Assembly (NCBI GenBank): GCA_965649765.1 | Contig: OZ287758.1 | Location: 31,930,001 to 31,994,000, forward strand | DNA from: Bispira polyomma | Lineage: Eukaryota | Length of the DNA stretch: 64,000 bases | Direction: 5' to 3' | In this document: positions 13,229 to 25,011 of the stretch, piece after piece | Layout of the letters: each line of letters opens with the position of its first letter | How positions within the stretch are numbered: the first letter of the stretch is position 1 | The notes under the pieces: model-generated | What the model was told of the DNA's origin: nothing | The model's database searches: none | Seen by the model: the letters and a program-made list of their open reading frames with translations, nothing else | Translations under genes and position numbers: made by a program

Positions 13229-13748
13229 GAGTTTATAATATTATGAAGACTGTATAAGCTTATGAACTATAAGGTAACTTTTGATCAAATGTGCTAGAAG
13301 AGTCACAGAATATTGTGATGAACATACCACAATTGTTCCTGTACATTTTGGACAGCTGTACATAATATCCAAGGACACCAAAGAGTAAGATTTTGCTTGC
13401 ATGTAGTGGCTGAACTGAACCCTTCATACCTGAATTCTCCGGCTGATTGGAGACGCCGTGGGTTCAGCAGCACATTATCCCCAAATATAGCCACACAACT
13501 GGTTGTTGAGGCAAACATATAGCAGCCTTTACACTCACTGAAACCGAACAAGGTCGTGTGGAAATCACAGGAGCTTGAAGTTGGACCAGCACCAGATACA
13601 GGTGTCGCGGTCCCTGCAGAGGTGGAGTTGGTGGTACAACGACATTGGTCAACGTGGAAGTATCCAAATACAAATTCACAAACGGTGGATCCATGTCATC
13701 TGAAGCTACTGGCAGAACATCGCCGAATGCAAGAGGACATGTAGACAT
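13229..13748 (-). pseudogene. Accessory orfD, tandem copy
   Basis: VAIFGDNVLLNPRRLQSAGEFRYE aligns with VAIYNKSVVFDPYKLARPGSFRIE (19949-20401); frameshifted. Confidence 0.7.
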
Positions 13749-13791
13749 TGTGTACTAGAGACTCAGTGAAGCTTGGAGACAGATGTGGGTG

Positions 13792-14058
13792 CTAGAGCTC
13801 TTGCTCTATGTCATGAAGCAAATCGAGGATATGCACTCCAACTTTTAAAGAAACTTTAATGAGGGTCTGATTTCCATAAGCAACACCAGTGATAACATGT
13901 CTCTCAAATGTGCCTTCACAATCCTGTAAATATTCCAAGACGTCGCCACCATCAACCGAAAGGACTATTTGGTCACTGCTAAAAATGCCATATACATTAA
14001 AAATGGTAATTGAAGTCATAGTACTCAGGCTTGAATGTCCAAAATGAGGATTGTTCAT
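13792..14058 (-). CDS. Accessory orfC, tandem copy
   Basis: Open 88-aa ORF with the YLxDxE...TG...G..TLI...L..G pattern shared with 20445-20771; acceptor at 14081. Confidence 0.65.
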   Translation of the reverse strand: MNNPHFGHSSLSTMTSITIFNVYGIFSSDQIVLSVDGGDVLEYLQDCEGTFERHVITGVAYGNQTLIKVSLKVGVHILDLLHDIEQEL

Positions 14059-14430
14059 TTGGTTTGTTTCTCTGACTAATCTGAATTAGAATGAAATATA
14101 AAAAAAACTTTCTCTCAAGGTTATGAAATAAATGTTTATGTAGTAAAATGGGAAATATTTGTTCCTATTTGAAAAACAATACGAATAATTTGCCTATTTA
14201 GTGACATATACTGTATAAGAAATCAGTGGTTTTTTTTCATGTATATTTTTTTTTAAATACGGAAATAAAATCAAATTTGAAGATCCAGAGGTAAAAAATG
14301 TGCTAAAATCGGAGTAGATTAAATGTCAAAAAAGTTCGGATTCCAATTCTCGATTGCATCACACCAAGACGGATTACCGGAACGGTTGCACCAGAATTAC
14401 CTTCTTAAATGGCCATGTTCAATAATACAG

Positions 14431-14700
14431 TTATATATGCCAAGTCAAGGAGTCATCAGACTGTCTTTTAAACAGAACACATGAGTAGGATTCCCAACAA
14501 GCAGGACAAAAGGTTTTAACCACTGCACAACAGGTCACACGTTCGTAATAGGTTTTAATGAAATGTTCCTTGCCACATTTTGAACAGATCAAATATCCAT
14601 ATAAACGGTAATGTCTGGTAATGTAATATTTGGTGAAATTACAAATGTGATATAGCTCCTTGAAGGCATGCCTAAATTGTTTTAAAGTCTTGGAAAAAGA
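14431..14700 (-). CDS. Accessory orfB (Cys-rich, putative Zn-binding), 5'-truncated
   Basis: CSKCGKEH...CC...FCPACW; the same spacing recurs in 28775-29293. Confidence 0.6.
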   Translation of the reverse strand, partial: SFSKTLKQFRHAFKELYHICNFTKYYITRHYRLYGYLICSKCGKEHFIKTYYERVTCCAVVKTFCPACWESYSCVLFKRQSDDSLTWHI

Positions 14701-14750
14701 TTCCATAACACATACACATTGTTTTAAAGTCTTGGAAAAAGATTCTGTAA

Positions 14751-15245
14751 CACATATACAAATCCCTATTAATTGATAATTCAAATTGTTTCATATAATT
14801 AACCTCATCAAATGCCTGTCTGGCATCGGCATAAAAACATTCTAATTATATATAATATAATTTTTTCTAATGGAACACATATACCCTTAAACATTTTACT
14901 TTAACATTTTTAGTGTTTCTGCCACCATAGATAGTGTACCATAACCAGCCCTTCTTGGTTATGTGTACCTCCAGGACTTCACCACCTCCAGGTACTTACA
15001 AAAACACTTTTGTTCGAGGTAGACCTCTACAGACACCGGCCTACCCGGACAACGGAGGTACTAGCTGGCGCTCCGCGGTTTGCTTCTCACGATTGCCCTG
15101 CACCACAGGCAGGTCTAATCTTCTAGGACTGGGTTTCGTAACTCAACACACCTGACAGTAGAACCTGGCAGGCCCAGTGAATGGCATCCTATAGTTTTGT
15201 GTACCCACTAAGAAGCAACGGGGGCATTGCAAGTCTACAAGACAT
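14751..15245 (-). pseudogene. Element-2-type 3' fragment with decayed orfE
   Basis: Colinear with ~19415-19935. Confidence 0.75.
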
Positions 15246-15419
15246 CTTTTCTCTTTGTAGGATATAGTCCAGTTTTCCAGTCACTATTAGTACAAAAATT
15301 AAAAAAAATAAACACAAAGAAGTCAAATAAAAATTAAACCAAATATATAACTTTAAGAAGGAATCCACATTAACACTTTTGACAAGCTGATCGCAAACAT
15401 ACAAATCATTTAGCAAATA

Positions 15420-16030
15420 CCATTACCCTATACCTTTTATTTTCCTTAACCTTTACCAGTTATAAAGTATTAATTATCACTCCTTTAAACAGATGCCCAC
15501 CTATCCCAAATCTGATAAAAATTTCTTTATTTTAGCACAATATTCCCCATCTGTATAAAGCCGATGTAATCTGTGTTCCAGAGGTTTCAGATTTATTCTC
15601 CTACCATCTCAAAATAAATGAAATATATAATTTTTAAGAACTAGTATTAAACTATTGATTGGAATATAATTCTGGTCTTTATATGTATTACCAAAAGTGA
15701 CTTTCAAACAAGTAAATTTATTTAAAATCTGATACGCTCTTCCAGTAGTTTCTCAATATCTTCCTATAATTTCTTTGAATTTGGACATTCGTAAAAAATA
15801 TGCAATAAAAAAGAAAAAGTTTAAGACTGCTGACAAAAAAGACAGTTGGGATTGTCTTTTAGACCTAGTTTGCACAGATAACTGTTGATTCCTAAGATCC
15901 TGTAAATCAATTTTAGCTGAAACCATACAAGTTGAATGTTTCTCAGTGTTTTAAAACATGGAAAACAAGATTTTTCAAGTGACATTGTCAATATGAATTT
16001 GAAGGTTTTCATTCCAGTTGAGTTTTATTT
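15420..16030 (-). mobile_element. L1/Tx1-like LINE 3' fragment (zf-RVT region)
   Basis: WFQLKLIYRILGINSYLCKLGLKDNPNCLFC. Confidence 0.75.
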
Positions 16031-16249
16031 TATGATAATTTTGGAATTTGGATAAAAAAAAATAAAGAATAAATTTAAGATTAATGGGAAAAAGGAATAA
16101 TACAAATACCACCATATATTGCATACCACTCCCAGTCATCTATACTAAATGGAATTTCTAGGACTCCATCTCTGGGTATTCTAAGCAGCTGGTCCAACTC
16201 CCGCCTTACCACCTTCAGGTAGTGGGAGAAACACTTACAGATACAAATT

Positions 16250-17475
16250 ATTAATTTATATCGTCTTTTGTACTATATTAATATGTTACCATAGGTCGCT
16301 GATAAGTTACTGTACTGTTGACACACTGATAAGTTACTGTACTGTTAACACAATTCAAATAAGCTGTTCATACTTAACACATATTAATATTGACACCACA
16401 TTTGTTTTAAATTTTTCTTTAAACAGTTTGTTTTGACTCCGATGTTTTCTGGTAAGGCATTCCATAATTATGGACCACAGACACTGATAGCTCTGTCAAC
16501 ACAAACACAGTTCTTATGTTTTGTAAATGGGACACTTAACATTTTTTGTTCCTTATTGGAGTGCAGTCTGAATCTTGTGGACTGCACTGGTTTCACCAAT
16601 TTCACGTATTTTGGAGCTAGTTGATGTAGGCTCCTGAAGAACTGGGCAAGTGCTTTGTATTTGATTTGTGTATTTGATTGGTGGCCAGTGTAACACTTTT
16701 AATGCTGTAGTATTACTGTCGTATTTGCTGAATCTGATTACAAGTTTAGCAGTTATGTTTTGAACTCTCTGTAACTTTTTTATTGCAACAACCGGTAATT
16801 AGCTGTTTAGCGCATTTGCATAATCTAGGAGGGAGATAGTGAGTCCTAAAGCAATTGTCTTTGCTGCCTCAATCGTCAGGCTCTTCTGAATGATTTTCTA
16901 TGTGTACAAGTTTCCCATTGCTTTTCTTTACTATTTGCGATCATTCTTTCTTTGCTCCCAAGATATTTTGATGCAATAGCTTTGTTTTACCCTTTCATTG
17001 ATGAGATTAATTGAATATGTGTTTGATTTTTTTAGTTGTTGCCGTGACCGAATAGCATCAATTCAATTTTAGCCTGTTTTGATCCATCCAGTCTTTGATA
17101 ACAACAGCAAGCTCTTCTAAAGTTGAATTGTGTATTGTTCATGTGAGCTTGATGATCCTCCAAATGATTGTTTTCGTGCACGATCATCTGCACAACCAAG
17201 TGTATCAATGTCTGGTGGTATAATTTTCCGCATTGTACTGGCGTAGGCTAAATATAGATTTGGACCAGCAGCGGATCCTTGTGACACTGAGAAAGATGGA
17301 TGTCTTTTAAATGAGTACATGGCTCTTACCATCACCTTCATGTTTCGTGGTTTAAGATAAGGGCCAAACTAGTCCAATACTGTGTGATATTCTAAACCTT
17401 TTGTTCAGGACATCCAAGAAAATGTTATGATAGACTATATCGAATGCAGTACTGAGGTCGATGGTATTAGGGCCT
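16250..17475 (-). mobile_element. CR1/L2-group LINE, 5'-truncated RT remnant
   Basis: DLSTAFD, VSQGSAAGPNLY and CADD motifs; short tandem repeat near the 3' end (~16299-16352). Confidence 0.8.
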
Positions 17476-18030
17476 GTTGTTCTTCCAATAATTAACCCCA
17501 ATAAATATAGGGATCTTTGAAACTCTTGATGTTATCTCGGACAAATCTCTTAAGGTTATTTGTAATAAAAAGTCGGCAATAAACTAAAGATAAATGTTTA
17601 TTTTATTAAGTAAACGATTGCAATTTGCATAATTTCCAATTACATTATCATTACCTGAAATGTTAAAGATTATTTACTACATATTAATATCCAACTTCTT
17701 ATAATTATTTTATTAATCAATACTATAAACATCCTGACATATCCGTTGAAACATGCCAGTCTTTCAGAGTATCATATTAATGACTAAATTGAGGCTTAAA
17801 ATACCACTGAATCCACAAGAGAGACAGCTGATTTTTAAACTGGTCACAGCTGCAAGCTGCTAACCTATATATACTGAGGCCATCAATATTGTTCTTTTCT
17901 ATGTTGGCACTCTCAAGATTTGAACATAGAGACATTTTATTAACAACCTTTGAGCTCACCAGGCATACTCTTAAAAAACCAGCAAGTTCTATTTCATACT
18001 CAGATTATTAATGGCATCTCACAAAGAATG

Positions 18031-18538
18031 TGTTACGAGGTTATTTTCAGTGGTCAGTCTTGACCTCTTGCTAATCAGTTTAACCCCATATCAGCTGGGA
18101 TCTTTTATCTCAGAGAAGTATGAAGACAAGAAAAGATAAACTTGATCACTGTCACAACATTTATTACTAAACAGCACGACACTTACATAATAATTATCCA
18201 AGTAAGAGATGTAACCATAACAGTTAATGAATCCAATGGACTCCCACTAAGCTTTATTAGGCTCTCTCTAGCTTCACTCCAGCCTCCACTTCAAGTAGCT
18301 GTGTGTCTGTGGACTAAGCTTTATATAGTTTCAATAGCAATTTTAGGATTTTGAAGGTATTTATGGAATTTAGAATGTGATGTGGGAATGGAATTTAGGG
18401 ACTGCTATAACTCACTTGACACCAATGGAATGTTATGTGAAGGAATGGCACTTGACACCAATGGAATGCCTTGTTTAGGGAATAGCATGTATTGAATATT
18501 ATGTAAGAACAAGTTTTAATGGAATTTTGGTCATAACA
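18031..18538 (-). repeat. 3' LTR of element 2
   Basis: TGTTA...TAACA; roughly 97% identical to 26493-27014 by eye; TATA at ~18320-18328, AATAAA at ~18160. Confidence 0.93.
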
Positions 18539-19637
18539 ATTGCCTCTCGCCGAATTAATTGTGTCCACACAATTACTTGATTTTTAGACAAAGGTATAAG
18601 TATGGCCGAGGACCATACCCCTACTCTTAACGAAAAGCAAATACTTACACCTTTATGGCTTAATGGATACACCTCTTTAACAGGGAAACCAAATATTATA
18701 TTATTATACACACACATTCATATAGTATATAGCAGAAAACTACCCTATTAATACAACATACAGATGATTATAACTCACTAACCTTTCTATGACATTGACC
18801 ATTAAACTTGAAATATATGATTAAACAACACTTATAAAATATGATGTAAAAGTTATCTATTATATGTTATTATAACGACGGTGTAAAACCTGTACTAATA
18901 ATGTACACTGAATTACATTGTACTACTTGGAAGATAAACACACATTAAAAAAAATATACATGTCAAATATATATATATATATATATACCAGCACACATTA
19001 ATATGCCAAAAAGTGTCTTTTTAAAATAAATACTGTAAAATTACAACACCCACTAAGACACACATTTTAAATAATTCTCTTGAAATACACCATTGGAGAC
19101 ACTGTGGATATACCTGCTGATTTAAAGGGCAACATTCCAAAATACATAGTATACGTAGAATATATCAGTACATGAATAATACAATTACAATGATACAACA
19201 TACACAAATATATGTAAGGTTAGCATTTATGGTTAACATTTGACACAATAATTTCATAACCTCAGAAATCAGTAACCCGTAAGTCAAAGTAGAGAATATG
19301 TCGTTAAATAGCTCCATACAAACTTTACCCCAAAACAGATCAACTATAGTTTGAGTTAAAGTTTAACTGTTAAAAGAAATCATTAATTCACCCAATAATC
19401 ATAACTTTAAAACATACACAAATCCCTATTAATTGATGATTCAAACTGTTTCATATAATTAACCTTATCAAATGCCTGTTTTGGCATAAAATCATTCCAA
19501 TAATATTTACTATAATTCTTCTAATAAAACACCTATACCCGTAAACATTTTACTTCAACATTGTCAGTGTTCCTGCTGTCATATATTGTGTACCACAACC
19601 AGTCCTCCTTGGTTATGGGGACCTCCAGGACTCCATC

Positions 19638-19928
19638 TCATGGCATGCTGAAGAGCAGGTCCATGTCACGCTTAACCACCTCTAGGTAGTTACAACAACA
19701 CTTGTGTTTGAGGTGGACTGCTACCGACACTGGCCTACCGGGACACCGATGATAGTGGCTGGTGCTCCTTGGAGTGCTGTGCAGGATGGCCCTGCACCAA
19801 AGACAGGTCCAATCTTCAAGGACTGGGTTCCGTAACCCAGCACACTCCTGGCAGTGGAACCTAGCAGGCACAGTGAAGGGCACCCTACAGTTGTGGGTAC
19901 CCACTGAGAAGCACCGGGGGCATTCCAT
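19638..19928 (-). CDS. Accessory orfE (Cys/His-rich, putative Zn-binding)
   Basis: MECPRC...HNC...CQEC...CLWC...HYHRC; copies at 39313-39609 and ~14960-15235; acceptor at 19931. Confidence 0.7.
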   Translation of the reverse strand: MECPRCFSVGTHNCRVPFTVPARFHCQECAGLRNPVLEDWTCLWCRAILHSTPRSTSHYHRCPGRPVSVAVHLKHKCCCNYLEVVKRDMDLLFSMP

Positions 19929-19948
19929 GTCTAAAAAGAACACATCAC

Positions 19949-20401
19949 TTATCTGATCAACTGATGCACAGTTAAGTATTCTTGAAGAACTCTATGGATT
20001 GTTGCAGCAGAATACTGAGAGCTTGTAAACATCAGGCCACCCCTGCAGCAGGAAGTCGGTGACAGGTCCATGAGAATCATGTCATAGAGCTTGCCTCTCA
20101 TGAAAGCTCTACAACTTTCGATTCTAAAGGAACCTGGCCTGGCCAATTTATAAGGGTCAAATACTACACTTTTGTTGTAGATGGCCACAGGCTGTGGTTG
20201 TTTACTTAAAGCTACACATCTTGGACACATGGGGTTTGGTTCATTCTTAGGGCTGTGTTGTGGCAGTCTACTTAATGCTGAGGTGGAGGTGATACTAGAT
20301 GGGTAGGGTATAGTATATGGGAGAGAAGCAGTCACTAGTTCTGTTGGAGAAAATCTGCCAGAAGTAATGTCACTGTTGCCTATATCAGCAAATAGATCCA
20401 T
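19949..20401 (-). CDS. Accessory orfD
   Basis: Open 150-aa ORF; S/T/P-rich N-terminus, CPRC, conserved C-terminal domain; homologs in elements 1 and 4. Confidence 0.72.
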   Translation of the reverse strand: MDLFADIGNSDITSGRFSPTELVTASLPYTIPYPSSITSTSALSRLPQHSPKNEPNPMCPRCVALSKQPQPVAIYNKSVVFDPYKLARPGSFRIESCRAFMRGKLYDMILMDLSPTSCCRGGLMFTSSQYSAATIHRVLQEYLTVHQLIR

Positions 20402-20444
20402 CTTCGTCTTGTTTTTTTGTTTTTTTTTCTCAAATTTCTAGCCC

Positions 20445-20771
20445 TTAGATAATTACAATAACGTCTGGATCAGAGTTTTCTACAGATTCCTCCTGGTGGG
20501 TATCTTCAGAAGTGGGACAGATCTCACTAATTTGATTGACATCAATTTCTTCCAACAGATCTTCAACAAAACCAGCAAAGTTAGCACCTGCACGTAAATA
20601 GGCAGTGATTAGTGTGAGGTCTCCCAGGAAATCTCCTGTTACTATCTCAAGCCGATAAACTTCCTCAGCATCAAACAGGTATGCACTACACAGACCAGGG
20701 TCTGTACGGAGTTGTGTGGAGAAATTCTTACTGTAGCCAATTAAGCTGATGATTAAATCTTTTGGTGCCAT
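20445..20771 (-). CDS. Accessory orfC
   Basis: Open 108-aa ORF with at least five homologs in the window. Confidence 0.75.
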   Translation of the reverse strand: MAPKDLIISLIGYSKNFSTQLRTDPGLCSAYLFDAEEVYRLEIVTGDFLGDLTLITAYLRAGANFAGFVEDLLEEIDVNQISEICPTSEDTHQEESVENSDPDVIVII

Positions 20772-20980
20772 ATCTTTTGTGGTGTCCTTGGATATTTATT
20801 TTGTTCCCCTTTTTTTCTCAACACTTTTGAAACAACAGCTTTGTTTTAAACAAGAACTTGTATACTATTTTACTTCACAACTGTTAACTTTATTTTACTT
20901 TGTTTTGCTCTTCTCCAGTATTGAGTGTACACTATAGATGCTCAAGAATGGGTGTGGGAATCTGACATCCCAAAGATTCC

Positions 20981-21013
20981 CTTATATAGACACAATGCAA
21001 TCAAGGAACCAAT
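20981..21013 (-). promoter_or_regulatory. Putative internal promoter upstream of orfC
   Basis: Minus-strand CTATATAAG ~210 bp upstream of the orfC ATG; CCAAT at 21009-21013 on the plus strand. Confidence 0.4.
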
Positions 21014-21270
21014 AATAGTCATGTCTAAAAAACCTTTTAGCTATAGATTGTTCTGTTGATGATGGTCCCATGACCGTTATTAATTGCCAACATTTGTTCA
21101 CTCACATTCCAAAAATTTATCACATACAAACTCTATTAGTAGTACTGATTGCCTCATTTGGGACAGAGATGAGTAGATATGCAACCCAAAGGGGGGGTAG
21201 CTTCTGCTTGGAGAAACACTTTAAGACCGGCTTTAAATTTATAAAAAAAAATTGTTTTACCCTGTTTTCT

Positions 21271-21272
<2 letters not shown>

Positions 21273-21312
<40 letters not shown>
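21273..21312. repeat. Poly(T) run
   Basis: About 40 T residues. Confidence 0.9.
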
Positions 21313-21314
<2 letters not shown>

Positions 21315-22114
21315 AAATGTTAAATACATATATATGTGTATAGCTAAACTACCACTAATATACATTTTTATATATATGCAACACAGCAGCTACACAAATA
21401 CATATAGTGTCTAAATATATCAATTGAAGCACATTAGCTTGTAAAGTGAATCCCAATCCTAGGAATGTGTATAGGCATGGCTACACAAGATGAGCCTAAT
21501 AACAGTTGATTACATGGTTTTGTATTCTGTATATGTCGTTTCACATCTCTGGTAGGTTCATTCCAGATGGTATTATCAGGTTAATGAGTAGTGAGGCTTC
21601 AGAAGTGTTATGGAATTGTATTTAGTATTCTTGTTTATTGCGAGCTTTCTAAGTATGATAATCGAGTCCATCACAGGGAATAGGGGAATGTAGATAATCC
21701 AGATTGGGTTTATAAACCATTTGTGTCACGTTGGAACATCTGGGAAATGCTGACCCTAAATTACTGCAGGAGTGCTGAAATATTTGCATTACAGATGGTA
21801 TTGGTCTGATAATAAGCATTCATGATTTGTAGGAATGCAATGACATTTGCTAGAACAAAATAAACCTTTTACCAAAACTATCCCAGGCATGGGCTAGTTA
21901 ATTAACTGGGACTGGCAGCGAAAATTACGGTAGATACAAATTACTATAAAAGTAGTCCTTGTGAATTGGCAATCAAGATGGAGTGGTAATACTATTTGAG
22001 GATTGAACTACAGTAATAAAGTAACCTTAAATAATACATGCTGTTGTCACCCTTTTTGTTCCATATTGTGACAAGATCACCACAATGAACTAGGATAGCT
22101 GATTAAAACCATTT

Positions 22115-24766
22115 TCATACAGGAATATCGTCACGCTCACAGATGGAGGATGGTGGAGGTATATTTTCTTCTATAGTACTTATGGTGACACTTCTCTTAA
22201 GGGGGATATTTATAACCTGCTGCATAATGGTCACAGACCGTAGTGAGTTTACTAGAATGACTCTCATTATCATTGGTCTGGCTTTCATTTGGGTGTATCT
22301 AATATAGTTAAGAAATCCCAAGTTCACCTCATTTGGAAGGACAATCTGTTGTCCTGTCGTTTTAGATGAAATAATCAGGGTATTCCAATCTATTTCCAGA
22401 TAAGGAAATCTTGTAGACAAATGGTTTTTATGCTTAGGGTTGGAATAAACTATTTCAGCAATAGGGATGGGTAATCTTAGAACTGTAGCAGACACTGTCT
22501 TTCGTAAATCTGTGAGAATCAACTGTACCAGAGTATTCTGGGAGTCTAGGGCTCTGGTAAGGGCGGCAGAATTATTAAGTACTGGCCTCAAAACATATTT
22601 TATACACTTAACTAGTTGGTACACGACAATAGTCACAATACCTACAGTCAATAATGAAACTACATATAGCTCTAGGTTTCTCTGTCTAGTGCAAGAGGCT
22701 TCCTGTGCTGCAGTACGGGGCATACAAGTACTTAGTGCCAATAATTCAGGGATTCTTCTGTGGATAGTCTTTTCCAATGATGTTATGTGCCTCCTCATCC
22801 TTAGGTTTAAAACAAGACTTAAAGCTACACTTAGTTCTAGTGCTAGGAAAGCAATCAGTTCGAAGCTTATCATATAATGGGAGGATTGAGGTAAAGTTGA
22901 CATGTCGTCTAACAAAACATCAAGGGGGTCAATAAATGAACTTTGGTTATCCTGCGTTGTTGTAAGAGCACTATGTAAATCTAGGGCTAGTTCCCCATTT
23001 TGTAAGCCAAGTGTCTTTTGTACCCAAGGGCTCTTGGACAGAGTAATGTCAGGGAAATTAACTGTTGATGCTAATACCTTCCTGAAGAAAGTATTATTAA
23101 CATTCAACAGCAACTCAAAATCTATATGTTTAAAATATAACAGGGCAGCCATATAATTTGGTACCAGTTCAAAGTGGTTAGTCTGATTCTTTGAGCATGC
23201 TTCAATGCTTGGGGCAATATACAGAGAGCTACCCTTAATGGAACATTCACACTGTCATTTAATGATACAATTTCTACATCCTTCTAAAACCTGTGTAGGT
23301 TGTCTTATACAACTTTTTATCCACTTGTTGTCAGTTGTGCTAACAAAAACTCTCTCCTGATCTAGATCAATAACGTGGGTCTGAATAGTTGAGGTATTTG
23401 GATACAATGTTACTTTGCATTCATCCTGTATCTTATTCTTATGCCCTAAATATATTGCACTGGCACATGTTAAATCATTTCTACTGTATAAATTTAAAGA
23501 AACCTTACAGCGTTTAAGAGTAATACCTTCACAACTATCAAAAGTAACTTTGTCAATTTCAGAGAAAAACGTTGCATCTTTACTGATCCTTAAATAATCT
23601 GGTAGCCCCCTAACTTTAGTAAACGATGTATTGTTTCTACCCAAACTTATTGGGATGCTACTCACTCTAAAGACATCAAACAAAACTGAATTGGTACTCA
23701 AAGGAACTTTAATTTTGACAAATAAATGATTCTTAGTGGTGGCATATGTAATTATTCCAGACATTTGATAATAGCTTGCTGGCTGCCTGTAAACTATCTG
23801 GTAATTAAGATAATGTAACTGTAAATAGCTAGATACATTATCTAGGATATCCTTCAAATGATGTGGGGTTATAATTTGTACTGGAACATATCCTCGTAGT
23901 AGAGAGTCACATCCTGATATGAACTTTTCCAGCTCTGTTGTCACCAGAAGCATGGTACTTATTTCTCGTGAATTTATTCCATGCATCATTGCCATAACCT
24001 GCCCCAAGAGTTCGATGTGGGCTTTGACATCATCTAAAACATCTTTAAGTGAGTCCCTTAAATCTCCCATTCCTTGAATGGTGTAGTTGATTAATCTTCT
24101 ATTGGAGTTGATACCTTCTTGAACAATTTTAAAATTCTTGTTGGTTGTAACTTGTATAGAAGACAATTCTGTTGCAAATTTCCTGAATCCACTGAAATTT
24201 TCAGGATGTTCTTCTAAAGCTATTATGTATTGTTTCAGTAGATCAACATCTTTTGATGTAGCAGTGCCAAACAAGCTCTTCGAAATACTTCCAATAAAGT
24301 CAAAAAGAGACCTGGATACTCTGCTCTTTAAATTCCTCACTCCCAGGAATTTGTGCAGCCTGTCGGGCTGCAATATATTATACACCATCTCAACCTTTTC
24401 TTTAATACCTCTGGCCAGGAGGTTTCTGACGTCATCATATGTCTCAAAAATCGGAGAATACATCTCACAAAGTTTACTCATAAACTTTTTATGTTCAATA
24501 TCTCATTTTCTATGACAAAATGGATCCTGTATCCTGAGCTCATCCATGGTTGCTAACTTTATAGCAACTGTGTGACTCCACGATGAAGCAAAATTTTCTA
24601 CACTTGCTACTTGTTTGAAGACATCTCCCATGTCTCCTCTTATAATAACATTCCCATCACAAGTAGCGGATTTCAAACTCAGATAACCAAGCAGCAGAGT
24701 AGTCCAAAACATCATCTTCATTTTTCTTGATTTGACACTAGCAACACCAACACTTCTTTTGGTCAC
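22115..24766 (-). pseudogene. env: env of element 2 (about 870 aa reconstructed; one frameshift, one in-frame TGA)
   Basis: Signal peptide MMFWTTLLLGYLSLKSATC; RVSR followed by SLFDFIGSISKSLFGTATSKD; heptad region; ORFs 23255-24481 and 22115-23152 share a frame; splice acceptor tttccttctattttgcag at 24766. Confidence 0.92.
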
Positions 24767-25011
24767 TGCAAAATAGAAGGAAAATCAACTTAATGACAGG
24801 TAATCTAGAGCTGTTTGACTTTGGGCTTTGTACCACATATGGGTACATTATGAGTAGCAATATATTCCTTAGCCACACTATTAAGATTCTTATAAGGTTC
24901 ATAAGTGCGAGCTTCTGAAGGGTAATCCTTCCAATCAATTAAGTATTCTAAGTCCCCATGTTTATTATACCTTCCTTTTATTATGCGGTTTACAACATAT
25001 TCTTTATCAGA

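Larger units (their letters stand above)
12593..14750 (-). mobile_element. 3' accessory region of a second, tandem element-1-type copy sharing the LTR
   Basis: Colinear with 4666-6220. Confidence 0.75.

Noticed and set aside
21120-21365. Poly-lysine ORF
   Set aside because: Artefact of the poly(T) run.
21450-22050. Possible additional decayed accessory ORF between env and orfC in element 2
   Set aside because: Many stops and no homolog I could align in the window.
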